A stretch of DNA of 64,000 nucleotides from a plasmid, in the sequence record NZ_CP069398.1; one strand, given 5' to 3'. This document shows positions 46,243 through 56,146 of the stretch, piece by piece (within the stretch, counting starts at the first letter, position 1; every line of letters starts with the position of its first letter). Below the pieces are notes generated by a model, which did no database searches, was not told the DNA's origin, and saw only the letters and a list, made by a program, of their open reading frames with translations. Both the position numbers and the translations under genes were made by a program.

Positions 46243-49209
46243 TTGAATGGAGTTGGTAATTTGGCATCTATAGAACGTACGGCTTATCCAAGATTTAAAA
46301 AACGTCCTACTTCAAAAGAACTTCGTGATGTTTACTCCCCTACACCTGAAGAAAACCAATTTGCGCATAAAGTTGCTAGAGGACCTGTTTCAGTTCTAAG
46401 TCTATTAGTTATGTTAAAGTCTTTCCAACGACTTGGTTACTTTCCTCGACCGAAAGATATTCCTGTAGAGATCATGATTCATATTCGGACCTGTTTGAAT
46501 CTCTCTGCTAGTGTTGAACCGAATTACAATAGTAAATCAATTTACCGACATCAAAAAGCAATTAGAGATTACCTCAATGTACGTCCTTATGGAAAAGAAG
46601 CCTTACATATTGCAACTACTTCAATTTATAAGGCTACACAGGTAATGGACAATCCAGCCGATCTTATCAACGTATCCATTGAAATATTAATAAAAGAAAG
46701 GTGTGAATTACCTGCTTTTAGTACATTAGATCGATTGGCTCGTCGTATAAGAACATTAGTGAATCACCAGTTATTTAATTCAGTATTTTCAAAATTGACT
46801 CCTGAAATTGAGCGAAAATTAGATCAATTACTAGTTACTAAAAATGATAATCGGACTTCTGAATATAACTTATTAAAAGAAATTCCAAAAAGCGCAACAC
46901 TTTCGCATATGAAAGAAATACAAAATAGGTTACTTCTGTTAACTGATTTTATAGAAGAAATTGATAGCTTACTAGAGGATATTCCAAATTTAAAAATTAA
47001 ACACTTCGCTTTAGAAGCAAAAGCGCTTGATGCATCAGAATTAAAAGACTTTAATTTAGCTAAAAGATATATGCTGCTACTTTGTATGATTTATCGCTCA
47101 AAAATTTCAGCTATAGATAGTTTGGTAGAGATGTTTCTCAAAAGAGTCAGAACAATACATAACAAAGGCAAAGAGGAGCTAGAACTTCTTCGAGAAAAAC
47201 ATAGATCAAAAACTGAAAATCTTATATCTGTTTTGGCGGAAGTCTTAAATGCCACAAGTATAAATGAGAACGATACCTTGACTGGTCAGAAAATAAGGGA
47301 GTTATTAGGGAGAAGAGGTGGTATCGACGCATTAAAAGAAGATTGTGAATCAATTTCATCATATAATGGCAATAACTACCTTCCTCTTTTATGGAAGTTC
47401 TATAAAAGCCACAGGAAAACTCTTTTTAGATTGATTAGTATGATTGAAATTAATTCAACCACACAGGATCAATCACTTTTAGAAGCTTTACAATTTTTAC
47501 GTGATAATGAGAACCGAAAAATTGAAAATCTACAAATAGATTTGGATCTTTCATTTGCTAGTGAACAGTGGAAAAAAACGATTTATGTACCTAAAGAAAA
47601 TAACTTAATCCATCGTAAACACCTTGAAATCTGTATTTTTTCCTATCTTGCAAGCGATTTAAAAACGGGAGACCTTTGTGTAAAAGGATCAGAGAATTTT
47701 GCTGATTACCGTGAACAGCTCCTTTCTTGGGATGAGTGTAAACCTATGGTAGATGAATACTGTAAGGAACTTGGCTTTTCTTCAAATTCAGGGGATTTTG
47801 TTCAACAATTAAAGCTCTGGCTAGGAGATACTGCACAAAAAGTAGATTTAAACTACCCTGATAACGGCCAGGTAATCATTAATGAAAATGGAGAACCAAC
47901 GTTGAGAAAAATAATGAGAAAAGAACAACCTCAGACAAGTAAGGCGTTAGAGGTAGTTATTTCTCAACGGTTACCTGAACGAAATGTCTTAGATATTCTT
48001 TGTAATGTAGAACATTGGACAAATTGGACACGGCATTTTGGACCATTATCTGGTTCAGATCCTAAGCTTGAAAATGCAATGGAACGTTATATCATTACTT
48101 CTTTTGGATACGGATGTAATTTAGGACCAACACAGACTTCTAAGCACATGAAAAAAGCAGTAACCCCACACATGATTTCATTTGTAAATCGGCGACATAT
48201 TAATGCATCTAAAATAGACGAAGCTATTCGTAATATTTTAAATCAATACAATCAATTTAGTTTGCCTAGACTATGGGGTGATGGAAAAACGGCTGCTGCA
48301 GATGGAACAAAATTTGATCTCTACGAAGAAAACTTAATCTCTGAATACCACATTCGATACGGAGGTTATGGGGGGATTGCATATCATCATGTTTCAGATA
48401 CTTATATTGCACTCTTTAGTCACTTCATTCCATGTGGAGTTTGGGAAGCAGTTTATATTATTGATGGTTTGCTGAAAAATAAATCAGACATTCAGCCCGA
48501 TACGTTACATGCTGATACGCAAGGTCAATCAACGCCTGTTTTTGCACTTGCACATTTATTGGGGATTAATTTAATGCCTCGTATTCGAAATTGGAAGGAT
48601 TTAAAATTTTACAGGGCTGATAAGGACACAAAATATCACCACATTGATCAGTTGTTTAGTGATACCGTTGACTGGGACCTAATTGAAACACACTGGCAAG
48701 ATCTGCTCCAAGTGGTTCTTTCTATAAAAGCTGGTAAAATATTACCCTCTACACTACTTAGAAAACTAAGTAACTATAGTAGAAAAAACCGATTATATCA
48801 AGCTTTTAGGGAATTAGGAAGGATTGTAAGAACTGTATTTTTGCTTAAATATATTTCTGATATAAAACTAAGAGAGCAAATTGGTGCTAGTACAAACAAA
48901 GTCGAAGCATATAACGGCTTTTCCAAATGGCTATTTTTTGGTGGCGATGGGATCATTTCAGAAAATGATCCAGAAGAACAAGAAAAGCGAATTAAATATA
49001 ATGATTTAGTTGCCAACGCAGTAATATTCCAAAATGTATGTGATATAACACTTATTTTGTGGGAACTTTCTAAAGAAGGCTATGTATTTTCAAAAGAAGA
49101 TATTGTCATGCTTAGCCCTTATCTGACTAGGCATATAAAACGTTTCGGAGACTATATGATCGATTTAGAAAATATTCCACAACCAATCGAGGGAGATATT
49201 CCTGTATAG
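46243..49209 (+). CDS. tnpA: Tn3-family DDE transposase
   Basis: The 988-aa length is typical. It ends about 50 bp inside the right IR. The C-terminal catalytic region includes ...DGTKFD... and ...LHADTQGQS.... Confidence 0.8.
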   Translation: MNGVGNLASIERTAYPRFKKRPTSKELRDVYSPTPEENQFAHKVARGPVSVLSLLVMLKSFQRLGYFPRPKDIPVEIMIHIRTCLNLSASVEPNYNSKSIYRHQKAIRDYLNVRPYGKEALHIATTSIYKATQVMDNPADLINVSIEILIKERCELPAFSTLDRLARRIRTLVNHQLFNSVFSKLTPEIERKLDQLLVTKNDNRTSEYNLLKEIPKSATLSHMKEIQNRLLLLTDFIEEIDSLLEDIPNLKIKHFALEAKALDASELKDFNLAKRYMLLLCMIYRSKISAIDSLVEMFLKRVRTIHNKGKEELELLREKHRSKTENLISVLAEVLNATSINENDTLTGQKIRELLGRRGGIDALKEDCESISSYNGNNYLPLLWKFYKSHRKTLFRLISMIEINSTTQDQSLLEALQFLRDNENRKIENLQIDLDLSFASEQWKKTIYVPKENNLIHRKHLEICIFSYLASDLKTGDLCVKGSENFADYREQLLSWDECKPMVDEYCKELGFSSNSGDFVQQLKLWLGDTAQKVDLNYPDNGQVIINENGEPTLRKIMRKEQPQTSKALEVVISQRLPERNVLDILCNVEHWTNWTRHFGPLSGSDPKLENAMERYIITSFGYGCNLGPTQTSKHMKKAVTPHMISFVNRRHINASKIDEAIRNILNQYNQFSLPRLWGDGKTAAADGTKFDLYEENLISEYHIRYGGYGGIAYHHVSDTYIALFSHFIPCGVWEAVYIIDGLLKNKSDIQPDTLHADTQGQSTPVFALAHLLGINLMPRIRNWKDLKFYRADKDTKYHHIDQLFSDTVDWDLIETHWQDLLQVVLSIKAGKILPSTLLRKLSNYSRKNRLYQAFRELGRIVRTVFLLKYISDIKLREQIGASTNKVEAYNGFSKWLFFGGDGIISENDPEEQEKRIKYNDLVANAVIFQNVCDITLILWELSKEGYVFSKEDIVMLSPYLTRHIKRFGDYMIDLENIPQPIEGDIPV

Positions 49210-49257
49210 TATATAAGAAAGTAAAGAGCAAGAAAGGGTTATAAATGGTAAACAATA

Positions 49258-49299
49258 CCATACTATGACCCTTTTTTACATGTATCTCGGTCGTACCCC
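49258..49299 (-). repeat. Tn3-family terminal inverted repeat (right)
   Basis: The reverse complement, GGGGTACGACCGAGATACATGTAAAAAAGGGTCATAGTATGG, matches the left IR at 39/42. Confidence 0.85.
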
Positions 49300-49304
49300 A
49301 AGTA
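49300..49304. repeat. target-site duplication AAGTA (right copy)
   Basis: Identical to 36164-36168. Confidence 0.8.
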
Positions 49305-49326
49305 TGTCCCATAGCAAACACCTTTT

Positions 49327-49914
49327 CTAATTGTTATTTTTTAAAGACGAGATAATCTTATTAAAGTTTTCTATTATATGAATTAGTTCTCTAATTAGCA
49401 ATAATAAAATAATTATACAAATGGAAATGATTAAATATTGCCATGATTTATATCCAAATGCATAAACAGGGTTATTCGTATTTATTAAAGTATCAATAGA
49501 GAACAATGAATTTTTATTAAATGAAATTAAAAGTGCGGTTATAATGAGAAGAATATTTCTCACAACCAGTTTCCACGATAATTGATGATTCCCTAAAACT
49601 CCTCCACATCCACATGATATTTCTGTACGTCCCCGTAATAAATTTATAGAAATAGCAGTAATATAGACAAATAACAACGAAACTGCGCCTATGATAGCTA
49701 CTATTTCTAAAAGTCCGATTATTAGAAGTATTCCAACGGCTAATTCTGCTATAAAGTCCAATCTTCCAGCTATCTTAGAAAAATTAGAAGGTATTACTTT
49801 ATAATCGCTAATTATTCCAATATGTTTATCAAAATTGTTATATTTTGAAATAGCACTACTTAGAAAGATAAACGCTAAAAATACCCTTAAAAATAATTCT
49901 AATGCTGAGTTCAT
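49327..49914 (-). CDS. MauE/DoxX-like integral membrane protein
   Basis: Four to five TM helices and a CGCGG motif. The gene overlaps the ABC transporter stop by 4 nt (operon). Confidence 0.5.
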   Translation of the reverse strand: MNSALELFLRVFLAFIFLSSAISKYNNFDKHIGIISDYKVIPSNFSKIAGRLDFIAELAVGILLIIGLLEIVAIIGAVSLLFVYITAISINLLRGRTEISCGCGGVLGNHQLSWKLVVRNILLIITALLISFNKNSLFSIDTLINTNNPVYAFGYKSWQYLIISICIIILLLLIRELIHIIENFNKIISSLKNNN

Positions 49915-51725
49915 ACAAGCACCTCTTGAACTTCTTTCTTATCTTGATACCATTGAGCCTGACTATTATACATTTCTGCGTATAGGGCACCTAATTTTAT
50001 TAAATCATCATGAGTTCCTTCCTCAACGATCTGTCCATTTTTTAAAACTAGAATACGATCCGCAAGTTTAGCAGAGGCCATTCTGTGAGAAATAAATAAT
50101 GTCGTTTTATCTTTAGAAAGTTCATTAAACTTGTTATATATATTTAATTCCGTGATAGGGTCTAAAGCTGAAGATGGTTCATCTAATATTAATACCTCAG
50201 CATCCCTAAATAATGCTCTAGATATAGCGATTTTTTGCCATTGTCCACCAGATAAATCCACTCCACTCCCCAAAAAATTCCCTAACAAAGTATCGTATCC
50301 CTTATTAAGCTTATTGATAAAATCATGCGAATCTGCCAATTGAGACGTAGCTAGTATCTTTTCTTTGTTATTTATTTCACCAGTAGAACTTATTGCTATA
50401 TTCTCAAAGGCTTTAAAGTAATATTTCATAAAATCTTGAAAGATGATGGAGAACTTGTTTCTTATGTCATTAGGGTTTATATAATTTGAATCAATATTAT
50501 CATATAAAATTGACCCACTGGTTGGTTTGTACAAACCTGCTAAACACTTAACTAAAGTAGTTTTCCCGGAACCATTCCTACCAACAATGGCGATTTTCTC
50601 CCCTGGTTTAATTGTTAAAGAAATATCTTTCAGAATCTCATTTTCACTATTTAAATATCTGAAAGAAATGTTCTTTAATTCTATACCCTTCTGCAATTTT
50701 TCATGTAAGAGCTGTTGCACTTTTCGATTGTCATTTAATTCATCTTCAGTGTTATAATCTACAAATTTATAATAATCATTAATATATAATGATTTCTCAT
50801 AAATTTGCGCCAAATCAACTGCAATTCCATTAATTGAACTTTGAGTAGTATGGACTGCTTCACCTATTACAACAAACTCCCCAATTTGAATTTTGGTTTT
50901 TTTTATGAGCCATATTATAATGAATGCTGCCCCTCCGTAAAACAAAGCCGATGCTCCATCTAAAGCAATTTTAGATTGATGTTCTTTTTTGGCTAACAAT
51001 AAATTTGCTTTATTATTCTTAATAAATTTTTTAGACCACTTATGTAATAAAAAATCTCTTAAATTAAAAGAACGGATTTCTTTAGAAGCTTCCCGAACTT
51101 TGATCAATTGTGAAATATAATCAGCCTCACGAGCTTCAGGTGTAGTATTGTATAGCAACCAGAAGCGTTTATCTCCAAATTTAGAGTTAATAATAAACAT
51201 AGGTATACATACAACTAAACTAAAGACTACTAAAGACCAATGGATGCTAAATAAGAACCCTAGCATAGAGATTAAAGTAATAAAAGTCCTAAAAATTTGT
51301 ATTACTGACTTAAAAGGAGCCAAGAAAGCATTCCCACTACCATCTAATCTCGATAAATGATTGTAAAAATTATTATCATCAAAATACTCTAAAGGAATAG
51401 AGGAAGCCCTTTTTAATATTTCAGATTCTAAATAATAATTTAAATGCAATTGGAATTTTTTATCTATATAGTCATTAATATTAGTTATAAATGTACTAGC
51501 TAAAGAAATGAATAACTGTAAAATTAACAATGTAATTGGTAAAGAAAAATCATAATCAGAGTGATTGATGCTGTAAGCTAAGGAGTTAACTAGTTCTTTA
51601 GTTATGAATAGTACGAGAACAGGCACAACCCCTAATAAAATATTAGAAAAAACAGAAATAAAAATCCAAGATTTTCCCATGGACCAAATTAATTTAAAAG
51701 CTTTTGTCATGTTAATTATGTTCAA
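49911..51725 (-). CDS. fused ABC exporter (6-TM permease plus ATP-binding domain), bacteriocin/peptide-export type, without C39 peptidase domain
   Basis: Walker A GRNGSGKTT, signature LSGGQWQKIAISRAL and Walker B ILILDEPSSALD. The N-terminal half is a hydrophobic transmembrane domain. Confidence 0.8.
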   Translation of the reverse strand: MNIINMTKAFKLIWSMGKSWIFISVFSNILLGVVPVLVLFITKELVNSLAYSINHSDYDFSLPITLLILQLFISLASTFITNINDYIDKKFQLHLNYYLESEILKRASSIPLEYFDDNNFYNHLSRLDGSGNAFLAPFKSVIQIFRTFITLISMLGFLFSIHWSLVVFSLVVCIPMFIINSKFGDKRFWLLYNTTPEAREADYISQLIKVREASKEIRSFNLRDFLLHKWSKKFIKNNKANLLLAKKEHQSKIALDGASALFYGGAAFIIIWLIKKTKIQIGEFVVIGEAVHTTQSSINGIAVDLAQIYEKSLYINDYYKFVDYNTEDELNDNRKVQQLLHEKLQKGIELKNISFRYLNSENEILKDISLTIKPGEKIAIVGRNGSGKTTLVKCLAGLYKPTSGSILYDNIDSNYINPNDIRNKFSIIFQDFMKYYFKAFENIAISSTGEINNKEKILATSQLADSHDFINKLNKGYDTLLGNFLGSGVDLSGGQWQKIAISRALFRDAEVLILDEPSSALDPITELNIYNKFNELSKDKTTLFISHRMASAKLADRILVLKNGQIVEEGTHDDLIKLGALYAEMYNSQAQWYQDKKEVQEVLV

Positions 51726-51754
51726 TTTAAATCACCTTAGTCTTTACATTTTGT

Positions 51755-52270
51755 TCATTTAGTAAGAAATGAATGTAGCTTTCCTGCTAATGAGGTTACC
51801 ATCTCAATTTTTCCGTCATGATTAATAAAAATAAACGTTGGATATTGAGATATATCTGCTCTGTCCAAAAATTCTTTTGAGTACGGTAATGTTTTCACTG
51901 AGTCTTTATATTGATAAATAAACTCTTTAATTTTATTTTTTTCCTCATCTCTATTTCCAGATGCCACAGACATGACATAGTATTCAGCTTTATATTTATT
52001 TTTATTTTTTAGTAATTGTTCAAGTGCTACATGACAACTTGAACAACTAGTTAAAGAAACCTGTATGATTAACCTTTTGGAAGGAATATTCCAGTTGTGT
52101 GGCATTATTGTTCGAATATCTTCTCCCATCAAAGAGTGTTCTAGTTGTTCTACATTAGCTTCTATATTGGGTAAATAGCTCAATTCTATATTTAATGCTC
52201 GATACTGACAAAAATTAAATATTAATAGTATAAAAAAGCAGACACATATAATGCTTAAAATAATGTTCAT
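51755..52270 (-). CDS. membrane-anchored thioredoxin-like thiol-disulfide oxidoreductase
   Basis: A signal anchor, then LTSCSSCHVA (CxxC), then a thioredoxin fold. Confidence 0.6.
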   Translation of the reverse strand: MNIILSIICVCFFILLIFNFCQYRALNIELSYLPNIEANVEQLEHSLMGEDIRTIMPHNWNIPSKRLIIQVSLTSCSSCHVALEQLLKNKNKYKAEYYVMSVASGNRDEEKNKIKEFIYQYKDSVKTLPYSKEFLDRADISQYPTFIFINHDGKIEMVTSLAGKLHSFLTK

Positions 52271-52447
52271 AAAGACACTTCCTTAAATTTACATAACCTT
52301 GGGAGGTATACAAGGCAAAAAATAAAATGCTTACCTTTTCCTATAATTAAAAATTTAATTATAGGAAGGGAGCATTCTAATCTGTTTTGAATAAGATCCA
52401 GTTAATTAATAACCTTTGTAATTCAAAAGATAAATAGAGTTGCTAAA

Positions 52448-52630
52448 TTAAGAAGAAGATTTACAACAACCAATCTTTTTCTTACTACCGTCACGACAAA
52501 TTTGATATTTCACTGGCGTTGGCTTTAAAATACCAGAACAACTAGTGAAAAATTCGTCCTCACACACCGTTGAACAAAAAGTATCTGCTTGAGTAGTTAC
52601 TCCAAGGCTTTTCATGAACTTTTGTAACAT
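52448..52630 (-). CDS. Cys-rich small secreted peptide precursor (candidate disulfide-rich bacteriocin-like peptide)
   Basis: The 60-aa product is MLQKFMKSLGVTTQADTF-CSTVCEDEFFTSCSGILKPTPVKYQICRDGSKKKIGCCKSSS. Six Cys lie in the C-terminal ~42 aa. AAGGAGG lies 8 nt upstream. It is the first gene of the Trx-ABC-MauE-TlpA operon. Confidence 0.5.
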   Translation of the reverse strand: MLQKFMKSLGVTTQADTFCSTVCEDEFFTSCSGILKPTPVKYQICRDGSKKKIGCCKSSS

Positions 52631-52722
52631 ATGTATAACCTCCTTTTTTTTACATTGTTTATTTTAACCATATTTTTCATATGTGTAAATAGAATTATTA
52701 AAATTTTCCTAAAAAAATGTCT

Positions 52723-52750
52723 ATTATATCTAATTTGAACTTTCTGTTAA
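52723..52750 (-). promoter_or_regulatory. sigma-A-like promoter for the peptide operon
   Basis: On the minus strand, TTAACA and TATAAT are separated by a 16-nt spacer, about 90 nt upstream of the peptide ATG. Confidence 0.4.
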
Positions 52751-52756
52751 TTAATC

Positions 52757-52812
52757 AAGGAGAAGACAGGAACCTTAGAGAAATTCTTTAAGGTTCCTGT
52801 CTTCTCCTTGTA
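52757..52812. terminator. long perfect hairpin (20-bp stem), terminator or insulator between the upstream gene and the peptide operon
   Basis: CAAGGAGAAGACAGGAACCTTA-N12-TAAGGTTCCTGTCTTCTCCTTG. Confidence 0.55.
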
Positions 52813-52832
52813 TTTATCTGACTTAAACCAGC

Positions 52833-53228
52833 TTAGACTTCTTTAAGAAATGGGCTACTAATTATTGTATATCTCCGAGCGAACTTTTTATAAGAAATCT
52901 CTGTATAATGATTTCCTTTTTGAAGAGTAAGAGTTTTATGTTTTAGATCTTTCTCCGTTAGTTTATATCCTTTTTCTTTCATCATACTGATATATGTATC
53001 TAGATGCCCTTTAGGTACTAAGTATAAGATATTATTATCTACATCTGATGTTTCTGCGATCTCCTTCTTATTGAATTCTAACTGATAAATAGCTTTTACA
53101 TTTGCGATTGGCCTATTGTCCCCAAATATAGATTGCCAATTAATAAATATAATTACTAATAAAACAATCATTACTAATATAAACCCAAGAGTAAATTTAA
53201 AAATTCTATACATTAAGACTTCCTCCAA
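52833..53228 (-). CDS. membrane-anchored hypothetical protein (immunity-protein candidate)
   Basis: An N-terminal TM helix. The likely start is the internal Met (MYRIF...). It is adjacent to the peptide operon. Confidence 0.4.
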   Translation of the reverse strand: MEEVLMYRIFKFTLGFILVMIVLLVIIFINWQSIFGDNRPIANVKAIYQLEFNKKEIAETSDVDNNILYLVPKGHLDTYISMMKEKGYKLTEKDLKHKTLTLQKGNHYTEISYKKFARRYTIISSPFLKEV

Positions 53229-53409
53229 ATATAATTTAAATCAATACCTTATTTTACAACAATATCATATTTTATAATTTCTTGGAATTCAAAGAGAGGA
53301 TGTTAAATTATTGAAAATTTCGCAAATAAAAAACAACCTTTATCCTTTTGAATGAACATAGGTTGTTTAAACTTATGAGTTGTTATTTTATAAATCCAAA
53401 TAAATGTAA

Positions 53410-54006
53410 TTAGTAATTGTATAATACTGTTCCTTGCTTTAAAGATACTGTTCCTGAACCAAGGTTGACTAATTTAATTTTGTAAGACTTACCTTTCGGA
53501 AGGATACCATACTTCTCGAAATTAACACTTCTCCAACCAGCACCCTTAGCTGTTACACCTTTTCCGTAGTATTTACCTGCACTATCATAAACTCTAACTT
53601 CAAGGCTCTGCCCCGATGAATTTTCCATATCGATACACGCTAAATTCTTAAAGGTAGTGCCATCTTTTACCCATTTAGATGTTTTAAAAGTATATTTCCC
53701 AAAATCAACCCCAGTATATTTACCGTAAGGGTAGGACTTGCCCGCAGCTTCTATTTGAGCTTCCACCGAAGTTGACATGCTTTGTTTAGATTGTGAATTC
53801 TCCATCAAGGATTTAATAGCATATTCATAGCTTTCAAAATTAATTTCTTGATCTAGTTCATCATTACTTATTTCACTGTCATCAATTTCTTCGCTTCCAT
53901 CAGCGAGGGCAGTATTACTTACACTAAAGAGCGTAGCTGCACTAAAAGCTGTAACAACTAATTTTTTAATAAAACCTGAATTATTCATACCTTCGGTATG
54001 AGTCAT
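53410..54006 (-). CDS. secreted hypothetical protein
   Basis: Signal peptide KKLVVTAFSAATLFSVSNTALA, then an acidic region, then a Gly/Lys/Tyr-rich beta-like domain. The likely start is the internal Met at MNNSGF. Confidence 0.45.
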   Translation of the reverse strand: MTHTEGMNNSGFIKKLVVTAFSAATLFSVSNTALADGSEEIDDSEISNDELDQEINFESYEYAIKSLMENSQSKQSMSTSVEAQIEAAGKSYPYGKYTGVDFGKYTFKTSKWVKDGTTFKNLACIDMENSSGQSLEVRVYDSAGKYYGKGVTAKGAGWRSVNFEKYGILPKGKSYKIKLVNLGSGTVSLKQGTVLYNY

Positions 54007-54099
54007 GATTTAGTCGAAAATTAATTACTTTTCTATTCTTTTGAAAAATAATTGATCATCCCAATGTTTAAAAGCAGTGTTTCTAAAATTAGTTTCTTA

Positions 54100-55560
54100 A
54101 CATGGCTGTTTTTAGACAGACTACTCCCTTGAAATAAAAATTGCTTTTTAAATTAAACCAATAAGTTCGTTATTCTATCTTCAATTTATGAATTCGGCTA
54201 AGCACTTTCCAAAAGAATTCTTGATAAACGAAACTTGAAGATAATTTAAAGTAAAGGGATCGCCCTGACTTTACCAATTTACTAGCCACTTTAATGATCC
54301 TAGTACGTATGGTCTCTATTTGCATGTTCTTTTGTTCTTTTGGAAAGGAAAGGGTCCGCAGCCAATTTGTTAAGTTATAGGCTAGAAGACTTACCAACAT
54401 CTTTACTTCATTCACTTGGAATGCGTGGCTATTCATTCTATCTAAATTGAACCCATTTTTGGCTTCTTTGATGTAGTTCTCCATCGTCCCCCTTTTTTGA
54501 TAAGCAAGGACGATGTCCTTTGTAGAAAAGGCATCTACTAAATTGGTTACAAAGAACGAATGGATAAAAAACAGTTCATTCGCTGGGCGTACAGATTTAA
54601 CAATTACTTTTCTTGGTTTGGCCCATGATTTCGCTTGATAAATAGTTTCTTCAAAGTAGCATTCAGTTTTTGTAACATCAGATGGCATTGATGAAGGATG
54701 GAGTTCTTCTGCAATCCTCTGTAGATTAGCATTAGATTTTAGGCGGATGACAAAGTAAACCGATTCTTTGTCGCACAAATCATATAATGCAGGAACAGCA
54801 AAGCCACTGTCTCCACGAACAAACAATGTAGTCGCTGGGAATTTATCATTATAATGTTCAATCAGTGGTTGTATGAATTCTACTACACCAGTAGAGGTAT
54901 ACACATTTCCAGGACGTAGTTTAGCTTTAAGAAAATCGCCTGTTACGCCATCAAAGGCAACTAATGGATGGAAACCAACCGTTCCATAATGGGAATTAAA
55001 AGCCGCCTCTTCTTGATTGCCATAGGTGTCTGAATGAGTAGAATCCAGGTCAAAGATGAGTGCTTTCGGGAGTCCTTGGGACTCTCTGAATTTATGTACT
55101 TTATCCAGTAGTTCTTGATTGGCATGTTCCAATTGTAGGATTGACTGTTGATCAAACCGTCTAAAAAAACGGGATAAACTTGGCTGGGAAGCTAACGCAT
55201 CTGTTCCAAGAACTTGGGTAAACACCGGATCTTGTGTTAATTGATCTGCAGCGTCATCTTCAGAATACCCGGCAATTAGTTGATAAATCTTTTGCCGAAG
55301 TAAATTTTCATTTGAATGAATAAAGTAAGCCCTTGTGTCTTTCAAACTTAGATGGGTAGCTAAGGTCTTTGAAAAACCGAGTTTTTCATCGAATTCTCGA
55401 AAGATGAATTCACCTGTATCAGAGGAAAGAGAACCTCCATCATTTGATACTTTAATCTTACGATTGAAATTTAGAGTTAATTGCGGTAAAGTAGCCATTA
55501 AAAGAATCCTTTCTGATGGTTATTTCGTGGGTGTTTTAACCTTATCAGAAATGGATTCTT
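54100..55560 (-). mobile_element. IS4-superfamily (IS1380-like) insertion sequence, boundaries not resolved
   Basis: A single DDE transposase gene with short AT-rich flanks. No convincing terminal IRs could be aligned by eye. Confidence 0.4.
54170..55498 (-). CDS. DDE transposase, IS4 superfamily (IS1380-family-like)
   Basis: The 442-aa product has FDLDSTHSDTYGNQE...HYGTVGFHPL...VRGDSGF..., the DDE pattern seen in IS1380/IS4-type transposases. Confidence 0.6.
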   Translation of the reverse strand: MATLPQLTLNFNRKIKVSNDGGSLSSDTGEFIFREFDEKLGFSKTLATHLSLKDTRAYFIHSNENLLRQKIYQLIAGYSEDDAADQLTQDPVFTQVLGTDALASQPSLSRFFRRFDQQSILQLEHANQELLDKVHKFRESQGLPKALIFDLDSTHSDTYGNQEEAAFNSHYGTVGFHPLVAFDGVTGDFLKAKLRPGNVYTSTGVVEFIQPLIEHYNDKFPATTLFVRGDSGFAVPALYDLCDKESVYFVIRLKSNANLQRIAEELHPSSMPSDVTKTECYFEETIYQAKSWAKPRKVIVKSVRPANELFFIHSFFVTNLVDAFSTKDIVLAYQKRGTMENYIKEAKNGFNLDRMNSHAFQVNEVKMLVSLLAYNLTNWLRTLSFPKEQKNMQIETIRTRIIKVASKLVKSGRSLYFKLSSSFVYQEFFWKVLSRIHKLKIE

Positions 55561-56146
55561 TTTTCATTTATTTCGTGCATATTCAAATTCAAAAAAAGTG
55601 TATGAAATAAGTCATATCAGCCTATTTTAGAAAAACTATGAATAATTCAGGTAAAAGATTTTTTCACCATAAAGATTAACCTCTCTCCATACTATAAATT
55701 GGTAATTTATAAAACAACAGCTTGAATAGTAATATAATAATCATATTTTGTCAAATTTTTTAAAAAATAGAAATAAAATAATTATAATTAAATAGTTTTC
55801 AAAGCACGAATACTTTCTTTATATTCAATTTCCAATAATTGTTTATTTTTTAGACTAAAATATATAAATGGAGCGATCTGCATCAACTGCGGTCAGGAAA
55901 TTTGGACGATTGGCAGTGCAGTCGCTTATCAGGGATGTTTTTCGTGTTTAACTGGGGAGGCGGATTCCTCGGAAGACTATGAGATCGATGAGGTGTGTTG
56001 GTCATAGATTAAAAAATACCTGTTTGGGCTCCAAATAATAATAAAAAAATACCCTAAAGGAGTTAATTGAAGAAATTTCTATGCTTAGGCAAGATTTATA
56101 AATACATTAATTAAAGCCTGCTTATCGCTACGTTGAAATTGTCTAA

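Larger units (their letters stand above)
36169..49299. mobile_element. Tn3-family transposon (13,131 bp) carrying a cyclic RuMP formaldehyde-oxidation gene set
   Basis: Terminal IRs GGGGTACGACCGAGGTACTTGTAAAAAAGGGTCATAGCATGG (left) and its inverted near-copy (right, 39/42) start with GGGG. A 5-bp AAGTA TSD flanks them. The element contains res, tnpR and a 988-aa tnpA. Confidence 0.85.

Noticed and set aside
54100-55560. Attempt to define IS1380-like terminal inverted repeats
   Set aside because: Only a weak GAAATAAA match was found between the two flanks. I could not align convincing IRs by eye, so the boundaries are left approximate.
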